64,000 nucleotides of DNA from an uncultured Thermoplasmata archaeon (GTDB taxonomy: Archaea; Thermoplasmatota; Thermoplasmata; Halarchaeoplasmatales; Halarchaeoplasmataceae): the NCBI GenBank assembly GCA_964433785.1, contig CAYSTL010000002.1:2193-66192 (forward strand), in the 5' to 3' direction. Made by a program: the position numbers and the translations under genes. Numbering within the stretch: the first letter of the stretch is position 1; each line of letters starts with the position of its first letter. The notes beneath the pieces were generated by a model. That model was not told the origin of the DNA, did not search any database, and saw nothing but the letters and a program-made list of their open reading frames with translations. Positions 1 through 11,910 of the stretch are shown here, piece after piece.

Positions 1-3000
1 AAGTACCTCACATCTCTCATTATAGTTTCAACATGTTCTTTCGTCTCATAGTCCACGATTATTCTGTATTCGCCGGGTGTTAAAGCTAGATTTATTTCTC
101 CATCCTGGTTACTTATCTTAGTTATCTCATAACCCGAAAATTCATTTTTGAATGTTACCGGTACGTCACCTTTCGCCTCTTCGTTGTAAACAACAATTGG
201 ATTTATTTTCACATTATCATACAAAGTGATGTTTAAATTAGTATACTCTTCTACGATCAATTTGGTCTGCTCAGATATTTCTTCTTCTCTATTTATCGCT
301 CTGATCGAATATTCTCCTTCTTTAAGATAAATTGTGTATTCACCAGTCGCAGTTATCTGTTTTTCCTGTGGCCCCATAAAGCTGACATCGGCATTCACTT
401 TTTCATTGTTCACATCCTTTAGCGTTCCTCTGATTTTATACTCATAAACTGGTGCTAAATCCAGATGCACTTTTTCTTTTTCAGGTTTTATATCAATTTC
501 CTTCGACAACCCATATCTTGTTTTTCCACCATATAATGATCTGTCTATCACTACATTGTATGTACCAGGTTTTAAATCGGTAGAATATGAATCTCCGTCG
601 GCTTCTATTTGTTTAGATATAGCGCCATTTCCTTCAGCTTCAAAGTTGATTGTGATATCATCGATGTATACATCCTCAAAAGTAAGATTTCCCTGCATAC
701 TAACATTATCAGCGGTAAGGGCGATATTGGATTCAAATTGTTTTTCGGGTCTATAAGTTTTAGTAATCGTCTCGAAGCCCTCTTTAGATAATTTTATTTC
801 TGTTTTTGAATCAGGCATCACTAAACTGTAACTTCCATCTTTTAAAGAATTGAAGGTTGCCGATTTGCCACTCGCCCTCATCTGTATGTTTGCCTTTATG
901 CCTTCACCTTCATCATATTCTCCGTCATAATCCAAATCACGATAGACCTTTCCTTCTACCAATTCTCCTGCGTTAGCCATTATCCCCAGGTATCCAGAGC
1001 TATCTACAACGATCTCATTTAAACTGAACTTCTTCTCTGAGGTTGACTTCTTCCAGCCATAAACACTGTACGAACCTTTGACCAAGTCTATGTTGAATCG
1101 TCCAGTGGAGTTACTTTTGACTACTACTTCTTTTGAAGGATCATCCTTGTTAGTAAATAATATATTGAATTTGTCTTGTCCAAAACCAGAGAAGTTAACA
1201 TGCCCATTTACACTATAACCTTTTTCAAATTCAGCTTCATAATCTGTGTCTTCATTTACAGTCAAAGTACCCATATGAACAAGATTTTTTGACTCTTTCT
1301 GATATTGTCCATATATCCTATAAGATAGTCCTGGGAGTTTTATAACTATCTTACCGTTCTCATCGACCCTTACTGTTCTTGAATAACCGATTCCTTCTTT
1401 ATCATATATAGAGATTCTCTGATTACCAACTTTATTATTGTTGTGTGAGGCTGTCAGGGTCAATTTGTATGCTTTAGAGATGGATACGTGTTGATTGATC
1501 GTTGAGTTCACACCTACATCTAAAGTAACTGGACCTTGCTTTAAACAATAATCATCATTACTTACAGTCAATTTATAAGTTCCAGATATAACATTGTTGA
1601 AGGTATAATTATCATCTTCATCTGCGTTAAAGGTTATTTCTCTATATTTATCGTTATTAATATTATCTAATCGTAATGTGAATTCTTTTTGCTCAATATC
1701 TTCATCTATCGTATAATTACCTTTTATCATGGCTGTTGAGATAGCTATGTCCTTTTCTACATCTTTCCCAGGTTCTAATGTAACACCAGTCAATTCTTCA
1801 CTTCCTAATGTATCGGCTTTAATCGAATATTTACCTGGAATCATCTTATCCATATCGTAAGTTCCGTTCTCTGCATCAACAGTATACTTTACACCAGATG
1901 TTTTATTCTGTATTATAACATCAGTTGAAACTAGGGTATCATTGGCTTCATTATAACTTCCACTGTCATCTGCATCGATGTATACCTTGCCTGATATGTT
2001 GGAAGTCTCCACTTTGAAGTCCTTCTTTTTATTGTAATCCCAAATACCGTCAACGTTCTTATCTACTTTAACTCGCATCGCTTCTTCATCTGTTACTTCA
2101 ACGTTATCCCTAGCTAGACTGATAGACTCTGTTTTGAGTAGTTTTGTTCCACCACCACCATTTGTAACCATTATCGTATTGTTACCTGATGGAAGTTTAA
2201 CTTCGTACCTTCCTTTTGCATCCGTTCTATCAATATCATGTGGAGTAAATTCTTTATCCAACACAGTTACTTTAGCGTTCGGTATCGGTTGACTGTCATT
2301 AGTTTTTACAGTTCCTTTTAAAATTGCTCCATCATAATATCTCAAAAATACTACTCCTGAATTCATATAACTCCTAGCAGAAGGATCTACCGTACCTTTC
2401 CCTTCTTCCTGATATTCCTTGGCTTTGTCATAAGATATAGCTCTCCATGCATCTGTATGATTCTGGTAATCTTTATAAGGATTGTAATAAGCAGTCCTAT
2501 AATCCATAGTGAAATGATCCATACCCCAACTAGGCATCGGATTATATTGCCGTCTTGACCTTCTATCACCTAGTTGGTCCAATCCTGGTATGCCTTGATC
2601 TAAGCCTATATCCTTACCTGAATAACCTGCCATCACTCTGTATAAGGTGGTATTATAGAACATCGGTTGGAAGTTTATTCTATAGTCTACAACTCTTACA
2701 TTTTCAGGTACTTCATCTCTCGAGTCATATTGACGATTATCACTTCCTACCAGTTTGATCTGATAGAAATCTACAGGCGATCTCATTCCGCCGCTCTGTT
2801 TTATCTTGTATCCCGCTAACTTTGCAGGTGCGTAAAATATACCAGTATTTCTAGCAGATTTTGGGAACAGTCTGGAATCGACTGCTAAGTATTTTATTCT
2901 TTTATCTAACTCTAACGATATATCTCTATACAGTGAAGCTAAAGTATCTTTCTTTTCTTCAGAAAGCATGGCAGAGGTATAAGCGTATTTGACATTCTTT

Positions 3001-5144
3001 GGTTGAATATCATCCGCTCTTGGATGATATCTATCAGGGTTGTTTAGGACCTCTTCTTTATACTTAGGATCACCATAATTGAGCATAACTTGTTCCAAAT
3101 CCTCTGTTTTACTTTCTCCTAAATGGTTTATCAAAATATCTCTTACATCACCTTTGAATTTTCCATCTTCAGAGATTGGTAATTCCAGTTCTCTTACTAT
3201 CAATAATGATATAACTTCCGATTCGTTCTGTGCCATCAGTACATTACCCGCTAGCCTATAGCCGACCTGGAAGTTATCAGCTACAGTAGGGTGCTTTCCT
3301 TCTTCTATACACTCGAAACCATAGTCCCACCAGCTTAAGAATGCAGGTCTATTTTTTGGTTCTAGATCTTTATCTTGTTCTGCAAACCAATCCCAGGCTG
3401 CAGGCCAATAATCTCTAGGTGAGTCCAATTGATAACCAAAAGCTCCTAAATACCAGTTCTGTTGTGAGCTAGCATTATAATCTGTGGGTCTCATCACATT
3501 AGGTAATGAATTGTAAATTTGATCATTATATTTCTGTTTCTCAGTATAAGGTATTCCAGCATCTATAGCATAAAGGGCATTGGGCATCACTATTAAGAAT
3601 AATACAGTTAAAATCACTAATATGTGTTTTATCTTTATGCCTTCACGGAGTCCTCGTATATAATTCCCTCTAAATTTCCTGAACCTAGTGGCAATAGACC
3701 TGAAGTCTGCCTTATCAATAATTAAGGCAATTATCCATCCAGCTGTCAATGCAAACGCTGGTGAAGAATTGAATATGAATCTTGCTGCAGAAGTTGCCAT
3801 ATATATTGCGAATGCTGTCCAGATTAATACAAACATGAATGGTTTTCTCCATTCACCTATCAAATGCCATATGGCTAATGCTATACCCACAAAGGACATA
3901 AAGAAGGTCAATACCCCGAATGATAACACAAGATTACTAAATGCTGGAGCTTGAGCCTCTGCAATAGTACTGTATAATTTATTTTGTATGAAATATCCGC
4001 CTGCTGAAGTTATTGGTTCCAGTAGACTTGGTAATACCGTCACACCTAGACCAATATATATTGCGCCACCAATACCTAAAATTGAAAATACCAATACCCA
4101 CGGTAAATCTCTAGTAACAGTGAAAAATACTCCTACTGCAAAAGCTACTAGGAACATCAGTAAGGGTATATCAAACCACTTACCTGGGCCATGTGAAATT
4201 AATCCGATTAATATATTACTCCCTCTTCCTGTTCCAACATAGTAAGGTGCTGCTATGACTATAGCAACGGCCATCGACACTCCTACACACGCCGTTATTC
4301 CTAATGAATCCAAACCTTTGAATTTATCTATGAATAACTGGAATGCGAAGTAAACTAGTATGATCACCATCACATATGGAAAACCTTTCCAAGTTAAAGC
4401 GACCGTGCCGATTGCCATTCCTGACATCGCTGCATATAATAAAGATTTTTTATTTCTGCCAGCAAACCTACTCAAACCTTCTTTGATCTCTGTCCATTTA
4501 TTCCAACTAGAAACCCAATTTTCACTTTCTGGAATATCTTTTAAAGACCTCATAAAGAAATAGAAAGCTGTTACAGCAAAGAAAAGATATATGGCATCGT
4601 GGTCTCCATTTGTTATAACACTTCTTTGAAGATGCCCAGAACTTAAAGCTAGGAGAAAAGCTCCTGCTAATCCCGCTTTCTTTCCAAACGTATCTCTTCC
4701 AATAAGATAGGTGGGGAATATTGTAAGTGCACCCCAGATACCCGTTGACAATATGAATGAATATGAAATTGCTTGGTTCATACTTCCTATTAAAGGATAT
4801 ATAGCATATCCTCCTAGTACAACCGACCATGCATAAATTGGGGGCCTTGGATTTCCAGCACCAAATGGATATTTACGTAAAGGATCAGTTAATAAATGTT
4901 GATGATTCTCAGCAATATAATTAACAATTCTCTCATAATAATAAGCATCTGAACCTCCTGATATTAAATACGGCGTTCCAAATTTTGTTGCTAGTTCAAA
5001 TGCAAAAAAAGCACGTACAAATAAAGCAACAATAAAAACTCCTACCAGGCAGGTCAACGTACCCCAGTTCTCTTCCCACCAATGCGTTTCAGGGGAAGAC
5101 TTCTCCTTTTCTCTTGAAAGTTTATCAAGCCATCTAAAGCTCAT
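1..5144 (-). CDS. aglB: Oligosaccharyltransferase AglB (STT3 homologue) with a very long C-terminal extension of repeated carboxypeptidase-regulatory-like/Ig-like beta-sandwich domains. The C-terminus runs off the window start (>=1714 aa).
   Basis: Manual minus-strand translation from ATG at 5144, preceded by AGGTGA. It gives a multi-TM N-terminal domain and the diagnostic WWDYGF motif encoded at 3332-3315, in frame with the start. Downstream are repeated 'GxVxDxxGxPIxxAxV...DxxGxY' beta-sandwich units. The ORF is absent from the supplied track only because it has no in-window stop. Confidence 0.8.
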   Translation of the reverse strand, partial: MSFRWLDKLSREKEKSSPETHWWEENWGTLTCLVGVFIVALFVRAFFAFELATKFGTPYLISGGSDAYYYERIVNYIAENHQHLLTDPLRKYPFGAGNPRPPIYAWSVVLGGYAIYPLIGSMNQAISYSFILSTGIWGALTIFPTYLIGRDTFGKKAGLAGAFLLALSSGHLQRSVITNGDHDAIYLFFAVTAFYFFMRSLKDIPESENWVSSWNKWTEIKEGLSRFAGRNKKSLLYAAMSGMAIGTVALTWKGFPYVMVIILVYFAFQLFIDKFKGLDSLGITACVGVSMAVAIVIAAPYYVGTGRGSNILIGLISHGPGKWFDIPLLMFLVAFAVGVFFTVTRDLPWVLVFSILGIGGAIYIGLGVTVLPSLLEPITSAGGYFIQNKLYSTIAEAQAPAFSNLVLSFGVLTFFMSFVGIALAIWHLIGEWRKPFMFVLIWTAFAIYMATSAARFIFNSSPAFALTAGWIIALIIDKADFRSIATRFRKFRGNYIRGLREGIKIKHILVILTVLFLIVMPNALYAIDAGIPYTEKQKYNDQIYNSLPNVMRPTDYNASSQQNWYLGAFGYQLDSPRDYWPAAWDWFAEQDKDLEPKNRPAFLSWWDYGFECIEEGKHPTVADNFQVGYRLAGNVLMAQNESEVISLLIVRELELPISEDGKFKGDVRDILINHLGESKTEDLEQVMLNYGDPKYKEEVLNNPDRYHPRADDIQPKNVKYAYTSAMLSEEKKDTLASLYRDISLELDKRIKYLAVDSRLFPKSARNTGIFYAPAKLAGYKIKQSGGMRSPVDFYQIKLVGSDNRQYDSRDEVPENVRVVDYRINFQPMFYNTTLYRVMAGYSGKDIGLDQGIPGLDQLGDRRSRRQYNPMPSWGMDHFTMDYRTAYYNPYKDYQNHTDAWRAISYDKAKEYQEEGKGTVDPSARSYMNSGVVFLRYYDGAILKGTVKTNDSQPIPNAKVTVLDKEFTPHDIDRTDAKGRYEVKLPSGNNTIMVTNGGGGTKLLKTESISLARDNVEVTDEEAMRVKVDKNVDGIWDYNKKKDFKVETSNISGKVYIDADDSGSYNEANDTLVSTDVIIQNKTSGVKYTVDAENGTYDMDKMIPGKYSIKADTLGSEELTGVTLEPGKDVEKDIAISTAMIKGNYTIDEDIEQKEFTLRLDNINNDKYREITFNADEDDNYTFNNVISGTYKLTVSNDDYCLKQGPVTLDVGVNSTINQHVSISKAYKLTLTASHNNNKVGNQRISIYDKEGIGYSRTVRVDENGKIVIKLPGLSYRIYGQYQKESKNLVHMGTLTVNEDTDYEAEFEKGYSVNGHVNFSGFGQDKFNILFTNKDDPSKEVVVKSNSTGRFNIDLVKGSYSVYGWKKSTSEKKFSLNEIVVDSSGYLGIMANAGELVEGKVYRDLDYDGEYDEGEGIKANIQMRASGKSATFNSLKDGSYSLVMPDSKTEIKLSKEGFETITKTYRPEKQFESNIALTADNVSMQGNLTFEDVYIDDITINFEAEGNGAISKQIEADGDSYSTDLKPGTYNVVIDRSLYGGKTRYGLSKEIDIKPEKEKVHLDLAPVYEYKIRGTLKDVNNEKVNADVSFMGPQEKQITATGEYTIYLKEGEYSIRAINREEEISEQTKLIVEEYTNLNITLYDNVKINPIVVYNEEAKGDVPVTFKNEFSGYEITKISNQDGEINLALTPGEYRIIVDYETKEHVETIMRDVRY

Positions 5145-5237
5145 CACATTTCACCTGTATAACGATAACACGCCCTTCCCATGTAAGCACCCCTATATAT
5201 AGATTTTTCACATATGATGTTATTTATATGCTCTTTT

Positions 5238-6380
5238 TTATTTATCTTTCATTAGGAATTTATCCAACTTATCTTTCGCCTCTTCTCTTTTCTTTTGGTG
5301 CTCTTTTAAGAAATTGATAATATTTTCTTTTAACATCTGCTTACATTCACCACAAAGTATGTCACCGGACCTGCATCGTTTACTTATATCTGCGACCTTT
5401 TCATCATCACTTTCAAAAATGTAATATCGGAAATTCTGTATTGCACAGATATCTGGATTACCGCCTTTTTCTCTCTGTTCTTGTGCAGATACTCTTCCAC
5501 CAGTAAATGCTTCATTGATCTTGTTCTCTACATCCTCTTCCGTATCTGTTGTAAATATCGTAGTTTTGGGTTTACTAGCTGACATCTTGCCAGATCCATC
5601 CAATGAAGGCGCTAATTTATTGTGAAGGAGCGCAGGTTTGTAGTAATCTAAAGTTTCAGCAATATCTCTTGTCAATCTGAAATGAGGGTCCTGATCTATA
5701 CCACAAGGTATAACGACTGGTACTTTTCTACCTTCTCTTTCTGTTGGTAAGAAGCAGGGTGAAGACTGTATGGCTGTGTAAAATATACTTCCTACATTCG
5801 TTGAATTATCAAAACCGAACACTGCTTTCACGTTTGAAAAATTGAGTCTTTTTGCTGCTTTAAGAGCCAAAGGATACAATGTATGGATATAATCCGTATC
5901 TATAAATATATGAGTTTTATCAGGATCGAATCCAAGAGCGATTATATCTAAAGCATTTTCTAAGGCAAAAGAATGTGTTTTTTCCTGAGTCATATCGAAG
6001 TTAAACAAGAACTTTTCATCATCCGTTAGTTGGAAGTAAAGGTCTACATCAAACTTGTCCTGTATCCATTTAGCGAATATCCATGGCATCAGATGACCGA
6101 TATGAGTATGCCCTGAAGGACCTCTTCCTGTATACATAGCGAACTTGTTTCCTTTTTCATATTGATCCAATATCCAATCGAAATCTCTATGGGAGTAGAA
6201 AATACCTCTTCTTAACATGAAGTGAGTGTCTCCAACTAAATCTTCTACTCTTCCTATCAAGTCTTCATCGATGTGATCGGTCCCAAACTGTTCTAACAGT
6301 TTTTCGTAGTCGATGTCTCCTTCTACTTCCCAAGGAGTCACTCTGAACGCTTCTTCCTCATTTTCCGAATTCTCTGGCAT
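5238..6380 (-). CDS. trpS: Tryptophanyl-tRNA synthetase, archaeal/eukaryotic type
   Basis: Class I aaRS motifs: HIGH-like 'GHTHIGHL', KMSKS-like 'KMSASKP', and 'YTGRGPSG' N-terminal signature. 380 aa. Confidence 0.8.
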   Translation of the reverse strand: MPENSENEEEAFRVTPWEVEGDIDYEKLLEQFGTDHIDEDLIGRVEDLVGDTHFMLRRGIFYSHRDFDWILDQYEKGNKFAMYTGRGPSGHTHIGHLMPWIFAKWIQDKFDVDLYFQLTDDEKFLFNFDMTQEKTHSFALENALDIIALGFDPDKTHIFIDTDYIHTLYPLALKAAKRLNFSNVKAVFGFDNSTNVGSIFYTAIQSSPCFLPTEREGRKVPVVIPCGIDQDPHFRLTRDIAETLDYYKPALLHNKLAPSLDGSGKMSASKPKTTIFTTDTEEDVENKINEAFTGGRVSAQEQREKGGNPDICAIQNFRYYIFESDDEKVADISKRCRSGDILCGECKQMLKENIINFLKEHQKKREEAKDKLDKFLMKDK

Positions 6381-6484
6381 ATTTATTCGGATTTTGAAAG
6401 TATTTGACCTTTATAAATCCTACCTTACTTTCACTCACCTCTCTTCTTAAACATTATATATTTAATCGATTAAAAGAAAAATAA

Positions 6485-6880
6485 ATGAAAAGAAATACTC
6501 ACATTGCCGGTTCGATCATATTTGCCTTGATCGGAACGATCTTGATTAAAATATTTCTAAAACAATCAGTTCCAAGTAATTTTACGAATCTTCTTAAGAT
6601 TCTACTTAATATGCGAGTCTATATCTTCTTAATCATGATCGGTTCTTCAGTTTTTGGTGGTTTGATCCCTGATATATTAGATCCACCTTTCACTAAAAAA
6701 CATAGGAGATATGCCCATAGTAAAATCTTATTTTTTATATTTGTCATATTATTGGGGATCACTTCAATCCTAATTCTAATACAAAATAATAATTTAATTC
6801 TTTGGACAATATATTATTTTCTTCTCGGATACATATCTCATCTGATTTTAGATTCTCTTACCCCTGCAGGATTATGGTAA
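6485..6880 (+). CDS. Small hydrophobic membrane protein, hypothetical
   Basis: 131 aa with 3-4 predicted TM helices. Divergent from trpS, with an AT-rich TATA-like spacer between them. No recognisable family. Confidence 0.4.
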   Translation: MKRNTHIAGSIIFALIGTILIKIFLKQSVPSNFTNLLKILLNMRVYIFLIMIGSSVFGGLIPDILDPPFTKKHRRYAHSKILFFIFVILLGITSILILIQNNNLILWTIYYFLLGYISHLILDSLTPAGLW

Positions 6881-6974
6881 TAAAAAACTTACAGAGCTAG
6901 AACTAAAACAACTTATCTTTTAAAAAAATAAGTAATAATCTCATACACAGACCTGTCTGATGACCAGACTTAGA

Positions 6975-9890
<2,916 letters not shown>

Positions 9891-10354
9891 TAATCTAAGT
9901 CTGGTACACATCCAGGTCTGCGTATGACTGGTAATCATCGAACCCCTAATACAAGGATTCTATACCCTACCCCGGTAACCCTTTTTCATGTCACCGAGTG
10001 CATTACTTAACAAGTATTTGCGAATATCTGAACTTGATTTCCACGCCGGAAGAATCAAAGGCTTCCACCGTGGGATTCGCTCTTAAAAGGCATGTATTAT
10101 AAATGCCTTTTGGTTCGTGTTTCCCGCTAAACCGCGGACTTATTTAAAACCTTCTAATTGTATATGGTTTCGCAACCGGTTACTCCTCCGGTGCGGAGTT
10201 GTACATTATCTTTCTAGCATTAAAGTCTATCGGTAAATTATATTTGTTACTTATTCCTTAATAATAGTGAATACCCCTGTCTGACGTTCAGCAGACATAT
10301 ATTTGGAATGAGATAGTATCATATATCCAATCATAAAAAAATCGGTGCTAAAAA

Positions 10355-11188
10355 ATGAAGAAGATACCAACAGGAATAAGTGATCTAGATTCTATAATCA
10401 AAGGTGGGATACCTGCGGGATCTGTAGTTCTCTTGTTGAATGAAATCGGAGCTGGTGGTTTGGAATACCTATACACGGCTTCAGCCAAATTACTACGAGT
10501 AATAGAAAGTCCTAAAGACATACATCTTCTATTGGGAGATGAATGCAAACAATCCATACTACCCCAGGAAGTACATTACGTGACCTTTTCTAGGTCGATG
10601 GAAGACGTACTTGACGAAGTCCAGATCTCATTCAACCAAGATTATTATGATGTCATCGAAGAAAATCTAGAGATCAAAGATTTTTCAGAATCATATTTCA
10701 AAAGAACGATGGTTCCACCCGGATGGACTGGAAAACGAAATAAAAAAAATATATTCTCAGATGATTCAAACTCTGACCTATTGGAAGAGCTCGTTAACTT
10801 TTTGGAAGAGAACGCGGAAGACAATATGATAGTGATAGATTCTCTGACAGACCTGTTGACGAACTCATCTATCGATAATGAAAAATTGGTCACAATCATC
10901 AAAGGTATGAGGAGAGCCTCTAAACAGTGGGGTGGAGTGATATATTTACTACTTTCAAAAGGTATAATTGAGAAAAGCACGGAATATCTATTGATAGACA
11001 GTGTCGATGGAGTCCTAACTTTCGAATGGTCAAAAAATAGAAGAACCTCCCAAAGACAGAGATACATGTTAGTTGATAAATTCATGAGTGTCCTACCTCA
11101 TCTAAAACGAGAGAAGATAGCTAGATTCACTGCTGAAGTGACCGATTATGAGGGGTATACTGTAGTCAATTATGAAAAGATTAGGTGA
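10355..11188 (+). CDS. KaiC/RadA-paralog-like RecA-superfamily protein with a degenerate Walker A; predicted inactive ATPase
   Basis: N-terminal 'GIxxLDxxIxGGIPxGS' KaiC/RadB signature. The P-loop position reads 'NEIGAGGLEY' and lacks the GK[T/S] lysine. 277 aa. Its stop lies 6 nt before the next gene start. Confidence 0.6.
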   Translation: MKKIPTGISDLDSIIKGGIPAGSVVLLLNEIGAGGLEYLYTASAKLLRVIESPKDIHLLLGDECKQSILPQEVHYVTFSRSMEDVLDEVQISFNQDYYDVIEENLEIKDFSESYFKRTMVPPGWTGKRNKKNIFSDDSNSDLLEELVNFLEENAEDNMIVIDSLTDLLTNSSIDNEKLVTIIKGMRRASKQWGGVIYLLLSKGIIEKSTEYLLIDSVDGVLTFEWSKNRRTSQRQRYMLVDKFMSVLPHLKREKIARFTAEVTDYEGYTVVNYEKIR

Positions 11189-11193
11189 TATGT

Positions 11194-11901
11194 ATGGCAA
11201 AAGAAGATATTAAAAGGGTGAAAACTGGTATCGAAGGATTAGACGATATGTTGAACGGGGGTATACCAAAAGGCCACGTGTTTACTGTGATGGGTGCCTT
11301 TGGAACGGGTAAAACAACATTTTCATTACAATACTTATGGAATGGTTTACAGAACGACGAATCTGGAATATTCATCACGTTAGAAGAAGATAGAGATGCG
11401 ATGATAGAAACTGGTTTATCATACGGATGGGATTTCAGACCTTATATAGAAAATGATAAATTGGCAGTTGAAAAATTGAAACCTGCCGATGCTCAAGCTA
11501 CTATATCTAAGATACAGAGTGAATTACCTGCGTTTATTGATAATTTTGATGCTGAGAGAATAGCCATCGATTCCGTTTCTTTGTTAAATATGATGTCTGA
11601 TACAAATAAAGAAAAGAGAGAAAGATTGTTCAGTCTATGTCAGATGATAAAAGACACCGGCGCAACGGCTCTTTTCACCGCTGAAGTAAAAGATGATAAC
11701 CCGACCAGTTCTAGAGATGGTTTGATCGAATACACTACAGATGGTGTTATACTTCTCAGATACAACCAAAAAGATATGCAGGATGTAGAGCTGAGTGTAC
11801 AGGTTATCAAGATGAGAAGGATAGAACACTCTAGAAAGATCAAGCCGTATCTTATCTCGGATAATGGTATCAAAGTTCAGGCTGAAGGAGCTATATTCTA
11901 A
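11194..11901 (+). CDS. KaiC-like/RadB-like RecA-superfamily ATPase with canonical Walker A
   Basis: 'GIEGLDDMLNGGIPKGHVFTVMGAFGTGKTTFSLQY' plus a Walker B-like 'RIAIDSVS'. ATG at 11194 is preceded by AGGTGA. The ORF-track start at 11185 is a GTG. Confidence 0.7.
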   Translation: MAKEDIKRVKTGIEGLDDMLNGGIPKGHVFTVMGAFGTGKTTFSLQYLWNGLQNDESGIFITLEEDRDAMIETGLSYGWDFRPYIENDKLAVEKLKPADAQATISKIQSELPAFIDNFDAERIAIDSVSLLNMMSDTNKEKRERLFSLCQMIKDTGATALFTAEVKDDNPTSSRDGLIEYTTDGVILLRYNQKDMQDVELSVQVIKMRRIEHSRKIKPYLISDNGIKVQAEGAIF

Positions 11902-11910
11902 AGTGGTAAA

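Noticed and set aside
4522-4830. 102-aa and 60-aa minus-strand ORFs (4522..4830, 2387..2569) and several small plus-strand ORFs between 556 and 4563
   Set aside because: They lie in alternative frames inside the long aglB reading frame, which is supported by the STT3 WWDYG motif and domain repeats. They are judged spurious.
9906-10354. A 16S or 5S rRNA, or a second tRNA, in the 23S upstream region
   Set aside because: It is too short for 16S. No 5S-like conserved blocks and no cloverleaf with a T-loop GTTCRAWYC were found by eye. It is kept only as a structured leader/possible ncRNA finding.
10645-11085. 146-aa minus-strand ORF
   Set aside because: Antisense within the KaiC-like gene 10355..11188, which has clear family motifs. 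No independent support.
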